A stretch of DNA of 64,000 nt from an uncultured Anaerolineales bacterium (GTDB lineage: Bacteria; Chloroflexota; Anaerolineae; Epilineales; Epilineaceae). Location of the stretch: the NCBI GenBank assembly GCA_964549495.1, contig CAZJWJ010000005.1:2071-66070 (forward strand). Direction: 5' to 3'. Both the position numbers and the translations under genes were made by a program. Below, in pieces: positions 32,213 to 40,938 of this stretch (its first letter is position 1; each line of letters begins with the position of its first letter). The notes beneath the pieces were generated by a model, which saw only the letters and a list, made by a program, of their open reading frames with translations, searched no databases and was not told the origin of the DNA.

Positions 32213-33602
32213 GGACGCTCCGCCGCATCCGGCGCTTGTACCAGGCGATCTCCAGCGCGCCGCGCAGCAGGGCCGGCCAGGCGCGCGGATGCCGGCCGGC
32301 ATCCAGGCGATCGCGCTGCGCCAGCTCGGCCTGCAAGCGGCTGGAGACCGCGCGGTAGTAGGCCGGGCCCGGCCGGCCGAGGACGGCGTGATCGCGGTCC
32401 GATCCCTCGGCCCAGGGCCGTCGGAGCCGCACCTTGTCGGCCACGCTCTGGTAGTAGGGCGTACCGCGGATGGGATAGGCCACCGTGGTCAGCACCCGAT
32501 CGGCGCGGACGCGCTTGACCTCGCGGATGGTGGCCTCGATGTCCTGGCCGGTCTCCCCCTCGTAACCCCACATCACGAAGAGGCCCACCGAGATGCCCTC
32601 CGCTTGGAGCAGGCCGGTCGATCGGCGCACCTGCGCCGCGGTGGTCCCGCGCTCCATCGCATCCAGCACCGGCTGCGATCCGCTCTCGGCTCCCAACCAG
32701 ACCCGAAAGCAGCCCAGCTGCGCCAAGAGCCGCGCCGTCTCCGCATCGACCCGATCGGCGCGGGTGATGCATTCGAAGGGGATTTGCAGGCCCCGCTGCT
32801 CCATCTCGCCCGCGAAGTCGCGCAGCCAACGCCGGCTGGCGGTGAAGACGTCATCGGCATACCAGAGCTGGTCCGGCGCGTAGCGCGCGCGGATCCAGGC
32901 CACCTCCTCGGCCACGTCCCGCGGCGAGCGGCGGGCATGGCGATGCCCGAAGACGGCGTGGCTACACCAGCGACAGCGCCAAGCGCAGCCCCGCGCGGTG
33001 ACGAGGTTGAGCGAGCCGCGGCCATGCTGCTCGCGCCAGCAATCGATGTAGGGCTGCAAGTCGATGGCCTCGCGGTCGGGCCAGGGCAAGCGGGCTAAGT
33101 CGCGCATCGGAGGGCGGGCCGGCTCGCGCTGGATGGCACCCGCCCTGTCGCGCCATGCCAGCCCCGCGATGCCCTCCAGGCTCGCATCGGGCTGGCTCGA
33201 CCAGCGATCCAGCAGCTCGGTCAGGCCGATCTCGCCCTCGCCGATCACGACCGCATCGGCGCCGGCATCCAGGTACTCCTCCACGTATTCGGAAGGATCC
33301 GGGCCGCCCACCACCACGCGCTGGCCCCGCTCTCGGCCTTCGGCGATCAGCTCCAGGGCCGCGGCGCGGGTCATCATGTTGGCATAGATGCCCAGCACGG
33401 GTGCAGCGACCGCCCCCAGCCGGCGCCGGTGCATCCGGCGATCCAGGAAGGTGCCATCGACCACCGTCACCGACCGCCCGGCGCGGCGCAGCCAGGCCGA
33501 GAGCGAGAGCAGCCCCAGCGGGGGGTAGGGGCGCACATGCCGCTGCTCGGCCAGGTCTTCGCATAGGCGATGCCCGTGGGTCAGCAGCAGGTCGACGCTC
33601 AT
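32196..33602 (-). CDS. B12-binding-domain radical SAM enzyme (class B)
   Basis: Start ATG 33602 (MSVDLLLTHG), 1 nt after the upstream stop. N-terminal cobalamin-binding Rossmann region (RPYPPLGLLSLSAWLRRAGRSVTVVDG). CxxxCxxC at GCAWRCRWC. Confidence 0.8.
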   Translation of the reverse strand: MSVDLLLTHGHRLCEDLAEQRHVRPYPPLGLLSLSAWLRRAGRSVTVVDGTFLDRRMHRRRLGAVAAPVLGIYANMMTRAAALELIAEGRERGQRVVVGGPDPSEYVEEYLDAGADAVVIGEGEIGLTELLDRWSSQPDASLEGIAGLAWRDRAGAIQREPARPPMRDLARLPWPDREAIDLQPYIDCWREQHGRGSLNLVTARGCAWRCRWCSHAVFGHRHARRSPRDVAEEVAWIRARYAPDQLWYADDVFTASRRWLRDFAGEMEQRGLQIPFECITRADRVDAETARLLAQLGCFRVWLGAESGSQPVLDAMERGTTAAQVRRSTGLLQAEGISVGLFVMWGYEGETGQDIEATIREVKRVRADRVLTTVAYPIRGTPYYQSVADKVRLRRPWAEGSDRDHAVLGRPGPAYYRAVSSRLQAELAQRDRLDAGRHPRAWPALLRGALEIAWYKRRMRRSVHDPEA

Positions 33603-33603
33603 C

Positions 33604-35262
33604 CTAGCCGGACCCACCGTTCGCCGCGCCAAAGCGCGTCGGCTGCTCGCTGCGCTCCGCCCGCTCGCGCCGGGCCATCTCGCGCCATCGGTCGCCGATC
33701 GCACGAAGCTCGGCGCGGCTGGCCTCCTGCGCCTTCCGGCTGAGCGGACCCGACCTCCCGTCCTCCTCGGCGATCGAGGTCACCTCGATCAGATCTCGGC
33801 GGCGGAGCAGGGCTTCGTGCTCGCAGTGGAGCAGCGCGTGCAGCTCGCGGTAGAAGGCGCTGCGATAGCTGCCCTGGAAGAGCATGGCCAGATCCTGGCT
33901 GTCCCGCCAATGCCGGCGTGCGCCGAGCTGCTCGGCCACGCGCGCATGAAAGGGCGTGCCCGGCAGCGGATAGCTGACCGAGACCCCGATGGCGTCCGGC
34001 AGGCATCGTCGCATCAGCTCCGCCGTGGCTTCGATCTCCGCCCAGCCCTCGCCCGGATAGCCCAGCTGCAGAAAGAAGGCCACCCGGATCCCCTGCGCGC
34101 GCAAGGTCCGGGTCGCGCGCTCTACCTGCTCGACCCGGATGCCCTTCTCCATCGCATCCAGGATGGTCTGGGAACCGCTCTCCACCCCCAGCCAGAGCTC
34201 CTCGCAACCCGAGCGCGCCAGCTGCTCGGCGTAGTCCTCGTCCACCCGATCGACCCGGCTCTGCGCCACATAGGGCAGCCGCACGCTCCGGGCTTCCAGC
34301 GCGTCGGCAAACTCGCGCACCCAGTCCGCTTGCAGACCGAGCACGTCATCGACGAACCAGAGCCCGTCCGGCGCCTGCTCGGTCGCGATCTGGGCCACCT
34401 CGTCGGCCACCGACTCGGGCCGGCGTTGGGCATAGCGACGGCCCCAGATCGGCCGGGCGCACCAGTTGCAGGCGTAAGGGCAACCGCGCGAGGCAGCCAG
34501 GTTCAGCTGGAAATGTCCGTGCGCCCGCCGCCATCGCCGGCGGTAGGCCTCCATGTCGACCAAGTCGCGCGCCGGCAGCGGGAAGCCTTCCAGGTTGCGC
34601 GCCGGGGGACGCGCGGGACCGCGCAGGAGCGCGCCGTCCGGCCCGGTCGTGACGCTGCCGGCGATGCGCTGCCATGCCATGCCTTCGGCCGATTTTCGCG
34701 CCTCCTCGGCCGAGCTCACCGGCTCCTCGACCGGACCCCGCGCCGCGATCGGCAGGCTTTGGACCGCCTCCAGCAGGCTCCATTCGGCCTCGCCGGTCAA
34801 GACCGCGGTGGCCCCGGCCTCCAGCCAAAGCTCGGGCCGATCGCTGGCATCCGAGCCGGCCACCAGGCAGGGCAGGCCCCGCGCGCGGGCGGTCCGCAGC
34901 ATCTCGAAGCCCGCCTCGCGCATCCGCGACAGGCACATCTTGGACAGGAAGTTGAAGCTGTCCTCGAAGAGGGCGACCAGACGCGGCCGGCTGGCCTCCA
35001 GGGCCGCCTCGAAGGCCTCGGGGCCCGGGGCGAGCATGGCATCGAAGAGCGCCACGCGCAGCCCGGCCCGTCTCAGGATCGAAGCGGCGTAGAGCGTGCC
35101 CAAGGGCGGGTAGGGCCGCATCCGCGCGACCTGCTTGGGATCCAGGGCCATGTAGAGCGTGTGGCCGAGCAGCACGTCGACCGGGCCGCCGGCGTCGCCG
35201 CGACAATGCGGCGCGAAGCGGCGGATGGCGGGCGACCGGCGGATGGCGGGCGATCGACTCAT
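33604..35262 (-). CDS. B12-binding-domain radical SAM enzyme (class B), paralogue of 32196..33602
   Basis: N-terminal B12-binding region (RPYPPLGTLYAASILRRAGLRVALFDA). CxxxCxxC at GCPYACNWC. Start overlaps the upstream amidohydrolase stop (ATGA). Confidence 0.8.
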   Translation of the reverse strand: MSRSPAIRRSPAIRRFAPHCRGDAGGPVDVLLGHTLYMALDPKQVARMRPYPPLGTLYAASILRRAGLRVALFDAMLAPGPEAFEAALEASRPRLVALFEDSFNFLSKMCLSRMREAGFEMLRTARARGLPCLVAGSDASDRPELWLEAGATAVLTGEAEWSLLEAVQSLPIAARGPVEEPVSSAEEARKSAEGMAWQRIAGSVTTGPDGALLRGPARPPARNLEGFPLPARDLVDMEAYRRRWRRAHGHFQLNLAASRGCPYACNWCARPIWGRRYAQRRPESVADEVAQIATEQAPDGLWFVDDVLGLQADWVREFADALEARSVRLPYVAQSRVDRVDEDYAEQLARSGCEELWLGVESGSQTILDAMEKGIRVEQVERATRTLRAQGIRVAFFLQLGYPGEGWAEIEATAELMRRCLPDAIGVSVSYPLPGTPFHARVAEQLGARRHWRDSQDLAMLFQGSYRSAFYRELHALLHCEHEALLRRRDLIEVTSIAEEDGRSGPLSRKAQEASRAELRAIGDRWREMARRERAERSEQPTRFGAANGGSG

Positions 35263-36530
35263 GCCGGCCGCCTCGTCGCCGCTCCGGCCGGCTCCAGATG
35301 GAATCCAGGCTCGATGAGTCCGGAAGGCACCAGGGGCTCGAGCAGTCCTGCCGCGATGCGACGCGGACGACCATCCAGTCGGGCCCGCAGCAGCGGATCC
35401 CGGGCCGGGTCGAGCCGCTCGGCCAGCTCCGGCGCGGCCAGCATCACCCTGCCGGCGCGCAGGATCAGTTGCAGGTCGGAGCGCCGGCTGGCCAAGAGCT
35501 GCTCGATGGGCGAACGCCCCTGGTCGGCCAGGACGATCAGGTCGGCCGGCGCGCCCGGATCGATACGGCCGGCCCGGGACCGGCCGCAGAGCGCGGCGGC
35601 GTCCAGCGTGACCATCCGCAGCAGCTGCAGGGGGCGCAAGCGCCCGTCGGCGGCCGCGTGCCCGAGCTCGTCCAAGAGATCGCGCGAACCGGTCAGCCTA
35701 GCATCGCTGCCCAGGGCCAGGCGCCGTGCCGCCGCGAAGTCGACGGGATCGGCGGCCCGGCCGAAGAGCCGCCGGTTGCTGGCCGGGCACCAGATCATCC
35801 CGCAGCCCGCGGCCAGCGCCCGGCCGCGGCGCGCGGCATCCAGGCCCACGGCGTGCACCAAGCGGGTGCGCGGGTCCAGCCCCCCGAGCGCCTCGATCCG
35901 ATCGAAGTCCCGCCGCGCCCGGCGCCCGATGCCCTCGGCCGCGTGGACGACCCAGGGCCGACCCGGCCGCCGAGCCGCGAGCCCCTCCTCGAGCCCGGGC
36001 CCATAGCGACCAGCCAGACTGGGCGAGTGCACCCAACCCGGCGAGTCGAGCACCCGCAGGGGAAAGTCCCGGCGCTCGAAGACGCTCAGCCACGGATCGT
36101 GGTGCAGCACGCTGGTCACACCGGAAATCAGGTTCTTCACGGCGCCATGCCAGGCGCGCTGGGGCATCGGTATCCGGCGGAGCGCGGCGTAGACGTCGCT
36201 GGCCAGGAGGCGGCGCATGTCGGCGATCCAGTCGTCGGCATGACGGTAGGCCCCGGCCGCCGGCCCGGGCGGAAAGAGGTTGTGCCCCAGGTGGTCGTGG
36301 GCGTTGACCAGGCCCGGCAAGAGCCAATGACCAGAGAGATCGAGGCGGTGGGCGCGCCGGCCGATCCGGGCCAGCGGCTGGATCCGACCCGCCTCGATCA
36401 AGAGGCGCCCTCGGCGGAACCTGCCGGTCACCGGATCCACGATGCCCGCGCCTTCGATCAGCAGCTGTCTCAGGTGCCTGCCTCCCGTCGATCGCCGGTG
36501 CCCGGCTCGGGCACCGCTGCGACGTCGCAT
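35259..36530 (-). CDS. amidohydrolase-superfamily deaminase (MtaD/DadD/SsnA-like chlorohydrolase family)
   Basis: Start placed at internal ATG 36530 (MRRRSGARAG…). LLIEGAGIVDP … LPGLVNAHDHLGHNLF is the metal-binding HxH motif of the amidohydrolase fold, resembling MTA/SAH/5'-deoxyadenosine deaminases. The N-terminal ~220 codons of ORF 35259..37190 overlap the divergent methyltransferase and are rejected. Confidence 0.65.
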   Translation of the reverse strand: MRRRSGARAGHRRSTGGRHLRQLLIEGAGIVDPVTGRFRRGRLLIEAGRIQPLARIGRRAHRLDLSGHWLLPGLVNAHDHLGHNLFPPGPAAGAYRHADDWIADMRRLLASDVYAALRRIPMPQRAWHGAVKNLISGVTSVLHHDPWLSVFERRDFPLRVLDSPGWVHSPSLAGRYGPGLEEGLAARRPGRPWVVHAAEGIGRRARRDFDRIEALGGLDPRTRLVHAVGLDAARRGRALAAGCGMIWCPASNRRLFGRAADPVDFAAARRLALGSDARLTGSRDLLDELGHAAADGRLRPLQLLRMVTLDAAALCGRSRAGRIDPGAPADLIVLADQGRSPIEQLLASRRSDLQLILRAGRVMLAAPELAERLDPARDPLLRARLDGRPRRIAAGLLEPLVPSGLIEPGFHLEPAGAATRRPA

Positions 36531-36734
36531 GGTACCGATGCTCGGCAGGCAGGTCCATTCGGAGGCCGGCCGGCAGGTCGGCCCAGCAGATACCGGCCGC
36601 CCCGCCGAAGCCGTGGCATCCTTGTGCACATCTCGGGCATGAGATGGCTCGGCCGAGCCCTCGGCAGCGCTCGGTAGCGCCCTACCTGGATGCCCACCCG
36701 TCCCATCGGTCAGCAGCCGGAGCGAGAGCAGCGA

Positions 36735-37487
36735 ATGGAAGTCGCTCGAGACATCGCCGAGCGCCGAGCGCTCCGCCGCGTGCGCGAGGCCTACGCCGCC
36801 TGGAGCGCGACCTACGAGCGGAGCGGGCACAATCCGCTGACGGCGGCGGCCGAAGAGCTGCTGGGCCCGTGGCTTCGCGATCTGCGTGGACAACGCCTGC
36901 TCGATTTGGCCTGCGGCGACGGCCGCGTGCTCGGTCTGGCGCGGCAGGAAGCGACGCGCTTTCGGGCCGGACTCGACTTCAGCCGCGGCATGCTGCTGGC
37001 CGCGCGTCGCCGCCATCCCGATACGCCCTTGATCGAGGCGGAGCTGTGCGCGCTGCCCCTGGCCGCCGAGAGCTTCGATCGGGTCGCGCTGAGCCTGGCG
37101 CTGAGCCACTTGCCGCGCATCGAGGTCGCCGTCTTTGAAATGGCGCGCGTCTTGGCACCGGGCGGCCGGCTCCTGCTGATCGACCTGCATCCGGATGCCG
37201 CCGAGCGCGGTTGGACGCGCAGCTTCCGCGATGCCGCGGGCCGCAGGCGCAGGGTCGACTGGTGGCCCCAGGATCTGGACCGGATCGAGGCGCTCTGCCG
37301 CGCGGCCGGCCTGGAGATCCTGCGCCGACGCGAGCGAGCCCTCGATCCGACGCGCCTCCCGCCGGACGCGCCGCCTTCGGCCGGGCGGGGCCTCGCGCTC
37401 TACGCCATCGAAGCCCGGAAGCCGGCCGAGCAGAGCAGCGATCAGCGCTCGCCGTCGGCCAGCCCATTGAATCCGATCGGCAGGTAG
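36735..37487 (+). CDS. class I SAM-dependent methyltransferase, divergent from the radical-SAM cassette
   Basis: ATG 36735 with GGAGCGAGAG RBS 9 nt upstream. Motif I LLDLACGDGRVLGLA, post-I GLDFSRGML, LAPGGRLLLIDL. Confidence 0.7.
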   Translation: MEVARDIAERRALRRVREAYAAWSATYERSGHNPLTAAAEELLGPWLRDLRGQRLLDLACGDGRVLGLARQEATRFRAGLDFSRGMLLAARRRHPDTPLIEAELCALPLAAESFDRVALSLALSHLPRIEVAVFEMARVLAPGGRLLLIDLHPDAAERGWTRSFRDAAGRRRRVDWWPQDLDRIEALCRAAGLEILRRRERALDPTRLPPDAPPSAGRGLALYAIEARKPAEQSSDQRSPSASPLNPIGR

Positions 37488-38626
37488 ATCGGCGCACCGT
37501 CGAGATCCTCGCCCACCGCCAGCGACCAGGCATCGGCCAGATAGCGCACGTCACCGCCCTCGCCGCGCGTGCCGCCGTAGACCAGCATCCGCGACTGGCT
37601 CGGGTCCCAGTCCGCCGCATGCCCGGCGCGCGCGCCGGGCCCTTGGCCGTCGAGCGGCAGTCGCGCCTCGACGCTTTCCCAGGCGGGGCTCTCGGGATGG
37701 TCGTAGTCCAGCCGCCAGATCTCGGCCAGGTCCGTGGCGCCGTCCTCGCCGGCCACGTAGCCCCCGTAGAGCAGGAAGGCGGACTGCCCGGTGGCAAAGA
37801 CCATCGTGGCGCCGATGCGGGCGCTGGGCGCCGGCGCGCCGTCCCGCAGGCCGAGCGGCTGCCAGGCGTCCGCCCGATCGATCGACGCCAGGTCGACCCG
37901 CCAGGCAGCGGCAACCGCCGCACCGGTCTCGTCCTGACCGCCGACGACCAGCAGGTCGCCGCTGGCGGGATCGACGGCATAGGCCTGGTGCAGCAGCCGG
38001 AAGGGAACGGCCGGCAAGGCCTGCCAAGACCCGGGGGCCGCCGAGAGGTCCAAAGCCCAGACCTCGTCGCTGAGGCTGTTGGTGCCGTAGCGATCCCCTC
38101 CGAAGAGGATGGCCCGATCGCGTTCGGCATCGTAGACCAGTCCCGGGTACCACAGCGCCAGATCGGTCTCGGTCTCGACCTGGGTCCACTCGCCGCTGGC
38201 CAAATCGTAAAGGTAGGTCTGACCGTCCTGGCAATCGCAGATCAAGAGCAGGCGGTCGTCATCGGCATCCAGGATGGCGCGGGCACCGATCAGGCCGCGG
38301 CCGGCCTGGCGCGAACGGGGGATCGATCCCGTCTGCTCCAGATCCGCCCATTCGCTTGCGACAGCGCCCAGCTCGAGGCTTCGAGCCAGGCCCGGTGCGC
38401 CGAAGCCGGACTCGCCACCGATCAGCAGCCACCGGTCCTCGGCGGCGAGCAGGCTGCTGTGTCCGGCCAGGGGCAGATCCGAGGGCAGACCGGACCATCG
38501 GTAGTCGACGTCCTCGTGCTGCAGCTCGGCGCCTGCCGAAGGCGGGAGGGCGGCGAGCAGGGCGAGGAGCACGAGGATTGCGGCCGGCAAGGCCGGTCGG
38601 CCTGCGGAGACGGAAGGCTGGGTCAC
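37442..38626 (-). CDS. secreted Kelch-repeat beta-propeller protein
   Basis: GTG 38626 with GGAGGA RBS 6 nt upstream. Signal peptide (AAILVLLALLAALPPSAGA). Kelch-like repeats (LLIGGES…, LYGGYV…, LVVGGQDE…, ILFGGDR…). The upstream part of ORF 37442..39190 overlaps the PQQ-dehydrogenase gene antisense and is rejected. Confidence 0.55.
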   Translation of the reverse strand: MTQPSVSAGRPALPAAILVLLALLAALPPSAGAELQHEDVDYRWSGLPSDLPLAGHSSLLAAEDRWLLIGGESGFGAPGLARSLELGAVASEWADLEQTGSIPRSRQAGRGLIGARAILDADDDRLLLICDCQDGQTYLYDLASGEWTQVETETDLALWYPGLVYDAERDRAILFGGDRYGTNSLSDEVWALDLSAAPGSWQALPAVPFRLLHQAYAVDPASGDLLVVGGQDETGAAVAAAWRVDLASIDRADAWQPLGLRDGAPAPSARIGATMVFATGQSAFLLYGGYVAGEDGATDLAEIWRLDYDHPESPAWESVEARLPLDGQGPGARAGHAADWDPSQSRMLVYGGTRGEGGDVRYLADAWSLAVGEDLDGAPIYLPIGFNGLADGER

Positions 38627-38819
38627 GGCGGGTCCTCCAATCCATGTGGGTGGGCATCGTCGGTCGCCGGGCGAGCGCCGGCGACAGGCGCTAGGATTGT
38701 AGGGCATGCGGCGCGTCGGTGGGAAGAGGCATCGGCGCAACCCTGCCGAGGCGGGCCGTGCCGACCCGTCCGCAGCCACCCAGGCATCCGATCGGCGCAA
38801 ACCAGGGAGAATGGTATCG

Positions 38820-40214
38820 ATGATACGCAGGACCACCGGCAACGCTGTTCCGGCCCGACTTGTCGGGCTCGGGATGGCCATCGTGCCGCTCGTCTTGGCG
38901 CTGGCTTGCCGGACCACCGGTACGGACCCGGCCAACCCCGGAGACGCCTCGATCGCCACCTCCGCTCCGCTCGGCACGGCAGCGAGCCAAGGCATGGCCA
39001 TCGAGTCCGAGGGCGCGGCGACCGAAGCCAGCCCGGTCGAGGCCGACGCCACGGCGTCCACCGTCCCCAGCTCCTCGGCCAGCGCCACCCCGACGGCCCT
39101 GGAAGACCTTCGCATCGAGCTCTTCGAGTTGGCCAGCGGCTTCGACTCGCCGCTCTTGGTCACCCATGCCCCAGACGGCTCGGGCCGCATCTACATCGTG
39201 GAGCAAGCGGGCCGCATCTACTCGATGGATCTCGAGGACCCCGAGGGCTCGCGCAGCATGGAACTCGACATTCGCGAGCGGATCGAGGACGGGGCCAGCG
39301 AGCAGGGACTGCTGGGCCTGGCCTTCCACCCGGACTTCGAGCGCAATCGCCGGCTCTTCGTCAACTACACGGATCTGGCGGGTGACACAGTGGTGGCCGA
39401 GCTGCGCGCGCTGCCCGGCACCGACGGCTTCGACCCGGCCAGCGAGGAGACCATCCTGGCCTTCGAGCAGCCGGCGGGCAACCACAATGGCGGACACCTG
39501 GCCTTCGGCCCCGACGGCATGCTCTTCGTCGCCACCGGCGACGGGGGCGGCGCCGACGACCGCTACGGGCATGGCCAGAACCCCGGCAGCCTCTTGGGCA
39601 AGATCCTGCGCATCGACGTCGATGCGCGCCAGGACGGGGCGGCCTACGGCCTGCCGCCGGACAACCCCTTCCTGGACCGCGAAGGCTATCGCCCGGAGAC
39701 CTGGGCTTGGGGGCTGCGCAACCCTTGGCGCTTCAGCTTCGACCGGCAGACCGGCGACCTCTACATCGGCGACGTCGGACAGGCGCGCTGGGAGGAGATC
39801 GACCTCATGCCGGCCGGCAGCGCCGGCTTCAACTTCGGCTGGCCCATCTTCGAAGGGCGGGCCTGCCAGCGTGACGATGGCGCCTGCCAGGACCCGAGCC
39901 TCCAGGCGCCCATCCTGGTCTACGAGCACCAAGCCGGGGCCTGCTCGGTGACCGGTGGCTACGTGTACCGGGGGCCGGCCGAGGATGGCGGAGCCGCGTT
40001 GCAGGGCGCCTACCTCTACGCCGACTACTGCTCGGGCCAGATCCGGGTGGCACGCGAGGAAGCGGGCGGCTGGCGCTCGCGCGTGATCCTGGAGACCGAG
40101 CTGGACATCAGCAGCTTCGGCCAGGACGAGGCGGGCCGGCTCTACCTGAGCGACCTGGATGGTGGCTCGATCTACCGCATCCGTCCCGGACAGGCCGAGG
40201 AGCCTGGGCTATAA
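38820..40214 (+). CDS. PQQ-dependent soluble sugar/sorbosone dehydrogenase (lipoprotein)
   Basis: ATG 38820 with GGAGA RBS. Lipobox LVLALAC. sGDH-family motifs LVTHAPDGSGRIYIVEQAGRIY, EQGLLGLAFHPDF, NHNGGHLAFGPDGMLFVATGDGG. Confidence 0.85.
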   Translation: MIRRTTGNAVPARLVGLGMAIVPLVLALACRTTGTDPANPGDASIATSAPLGTAASQGMAIESEGAATEASPVEADATASTVPSSSASATPTALEDLRIELFELASGFDSPLLVTHAPDGSGRIYIVEQAGRIYSMDLEDPEGSRSMELDIRERIEDGASEQGLLGLAFHPDFERNRRLFVNYTDLAGDTVVAELRALPGTDGFDPASEETILAFEQPAGNHNGGHLAFGPDGMLFVATGDGGGADDRYGHGQNPGSLLGKILRIDVDARQDGAAYGLPPDNPFLDREGYRPETWAWGLRNPWRFSFDRQTGDLYIGDVGQARWEEIDLMPAGSAGFNFGWPIFEGRACQRDDGACQDPSLQAPILVYEHQAGACSVTGGYVYRGPAEDGGAALQGAYLYADYCSGQIRVAREEAGGWRSRVILETELDISSFGQDEAGRLYLSDLDGGSIYRIRPGQAEEPGL

Positions 40215-40249
40215 TCCCCCGCGACGCCGACCGCCCCGCCCGCACCAGG

Positions 40250-40936
40250 ATGCTTTCGATGCGCATGAGGACGACAACGCGCTGGATCCGATGCCTCTTG
40301 CCGATCGCCATGGCCCTCCCCCTGGCCGGCTGCCTGACCCGGTCCACGCCCGAGACGGGCCCGGATGGCGCGGCCCTCTACGCCCAGTACTGCCAGGTCT
40401 GTCACGGCCCCGACGGCCGGATGGTCGAAGGGGTGACCAACCCGGTCACCATCAGCCATCCCGACTTCTTGCGGGTGGTCGACGACCAGTTCCTCTTCGA
40501 CAGCATCGCCCAGGGCCGGCCCGGTTCGAACGGCCGCGGTCGCCCGGGCACCAAGATGTCGGCCTACGGATTGGAGGACGGTCGGGTCCTATCCGACGAG
40601 GAGATCTGGGCCATCGTGGCCCACCTGGGCGGCTGGCGCGAAGGCGATAGGATCGAGCCCGAGCCCTTCGACGCTTCGGGGGGTGATGTGGCCGCGGGCG
40701 CCGAGCTCTACGCCGATCGCTGCGCCGAATGCCACGGGCCGGAGGGCTGGGGCAGCCAGGCACCGCGACTGGCCGGCGATACCCTGCAGCAGACCGCCAG
40801 CGACGCCTATCTGGCCCACACGATCCGCCACGGACGTGCGGGCACGGACATGGAGGCCTACGATCTGGACGATGCGGCCATGGCCGACCTGCTGGCCTTC
40901 ATCCGACAGCTGGACGATCGAAGTGAGGAACCCTAG
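40250..40936 (+). CDS. di-haem class I cytochrome c (lipoprotein)
   Basis: Two CxxCH motifs (CQVCHGP, CAECHGP). Lipobox LPLAGC. Confidence 0.8.
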   Translation: MLSMRMRTTTRWIRCLLPIAMALPLAGCLTRSTPETGPDGAALYAQYCQVCHGPDGRMVEGVTNPVTISHPDFLRVVDDQFLFDSIAQGRPGSNGRGRPGTKMSAYGLEDGRVLSDEEIWAIVAHLGGWREGDRIEPEPFDASGGDVAAGAELYADRCAECHGPEGWGSQAPRLAGDTLQQTASDAYLAHTIRHGRAGTDMEAYDLDDAAMADLLAFIRQLDDRSEEP

Positions 40937-40938
40937 CC

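Noticed and set aside
33817-39385. Plus-strand ORFs 33817..36006 (729 aa), 35298..36677 (459 aa) and 37211..39385 (724 aa)
   Set aside because: Antisense to the B12-rSAM, amidohydrolase and Kelch genes, whose own motifs (CxxxCxxC, HxH, Kelch repeats) are clear.
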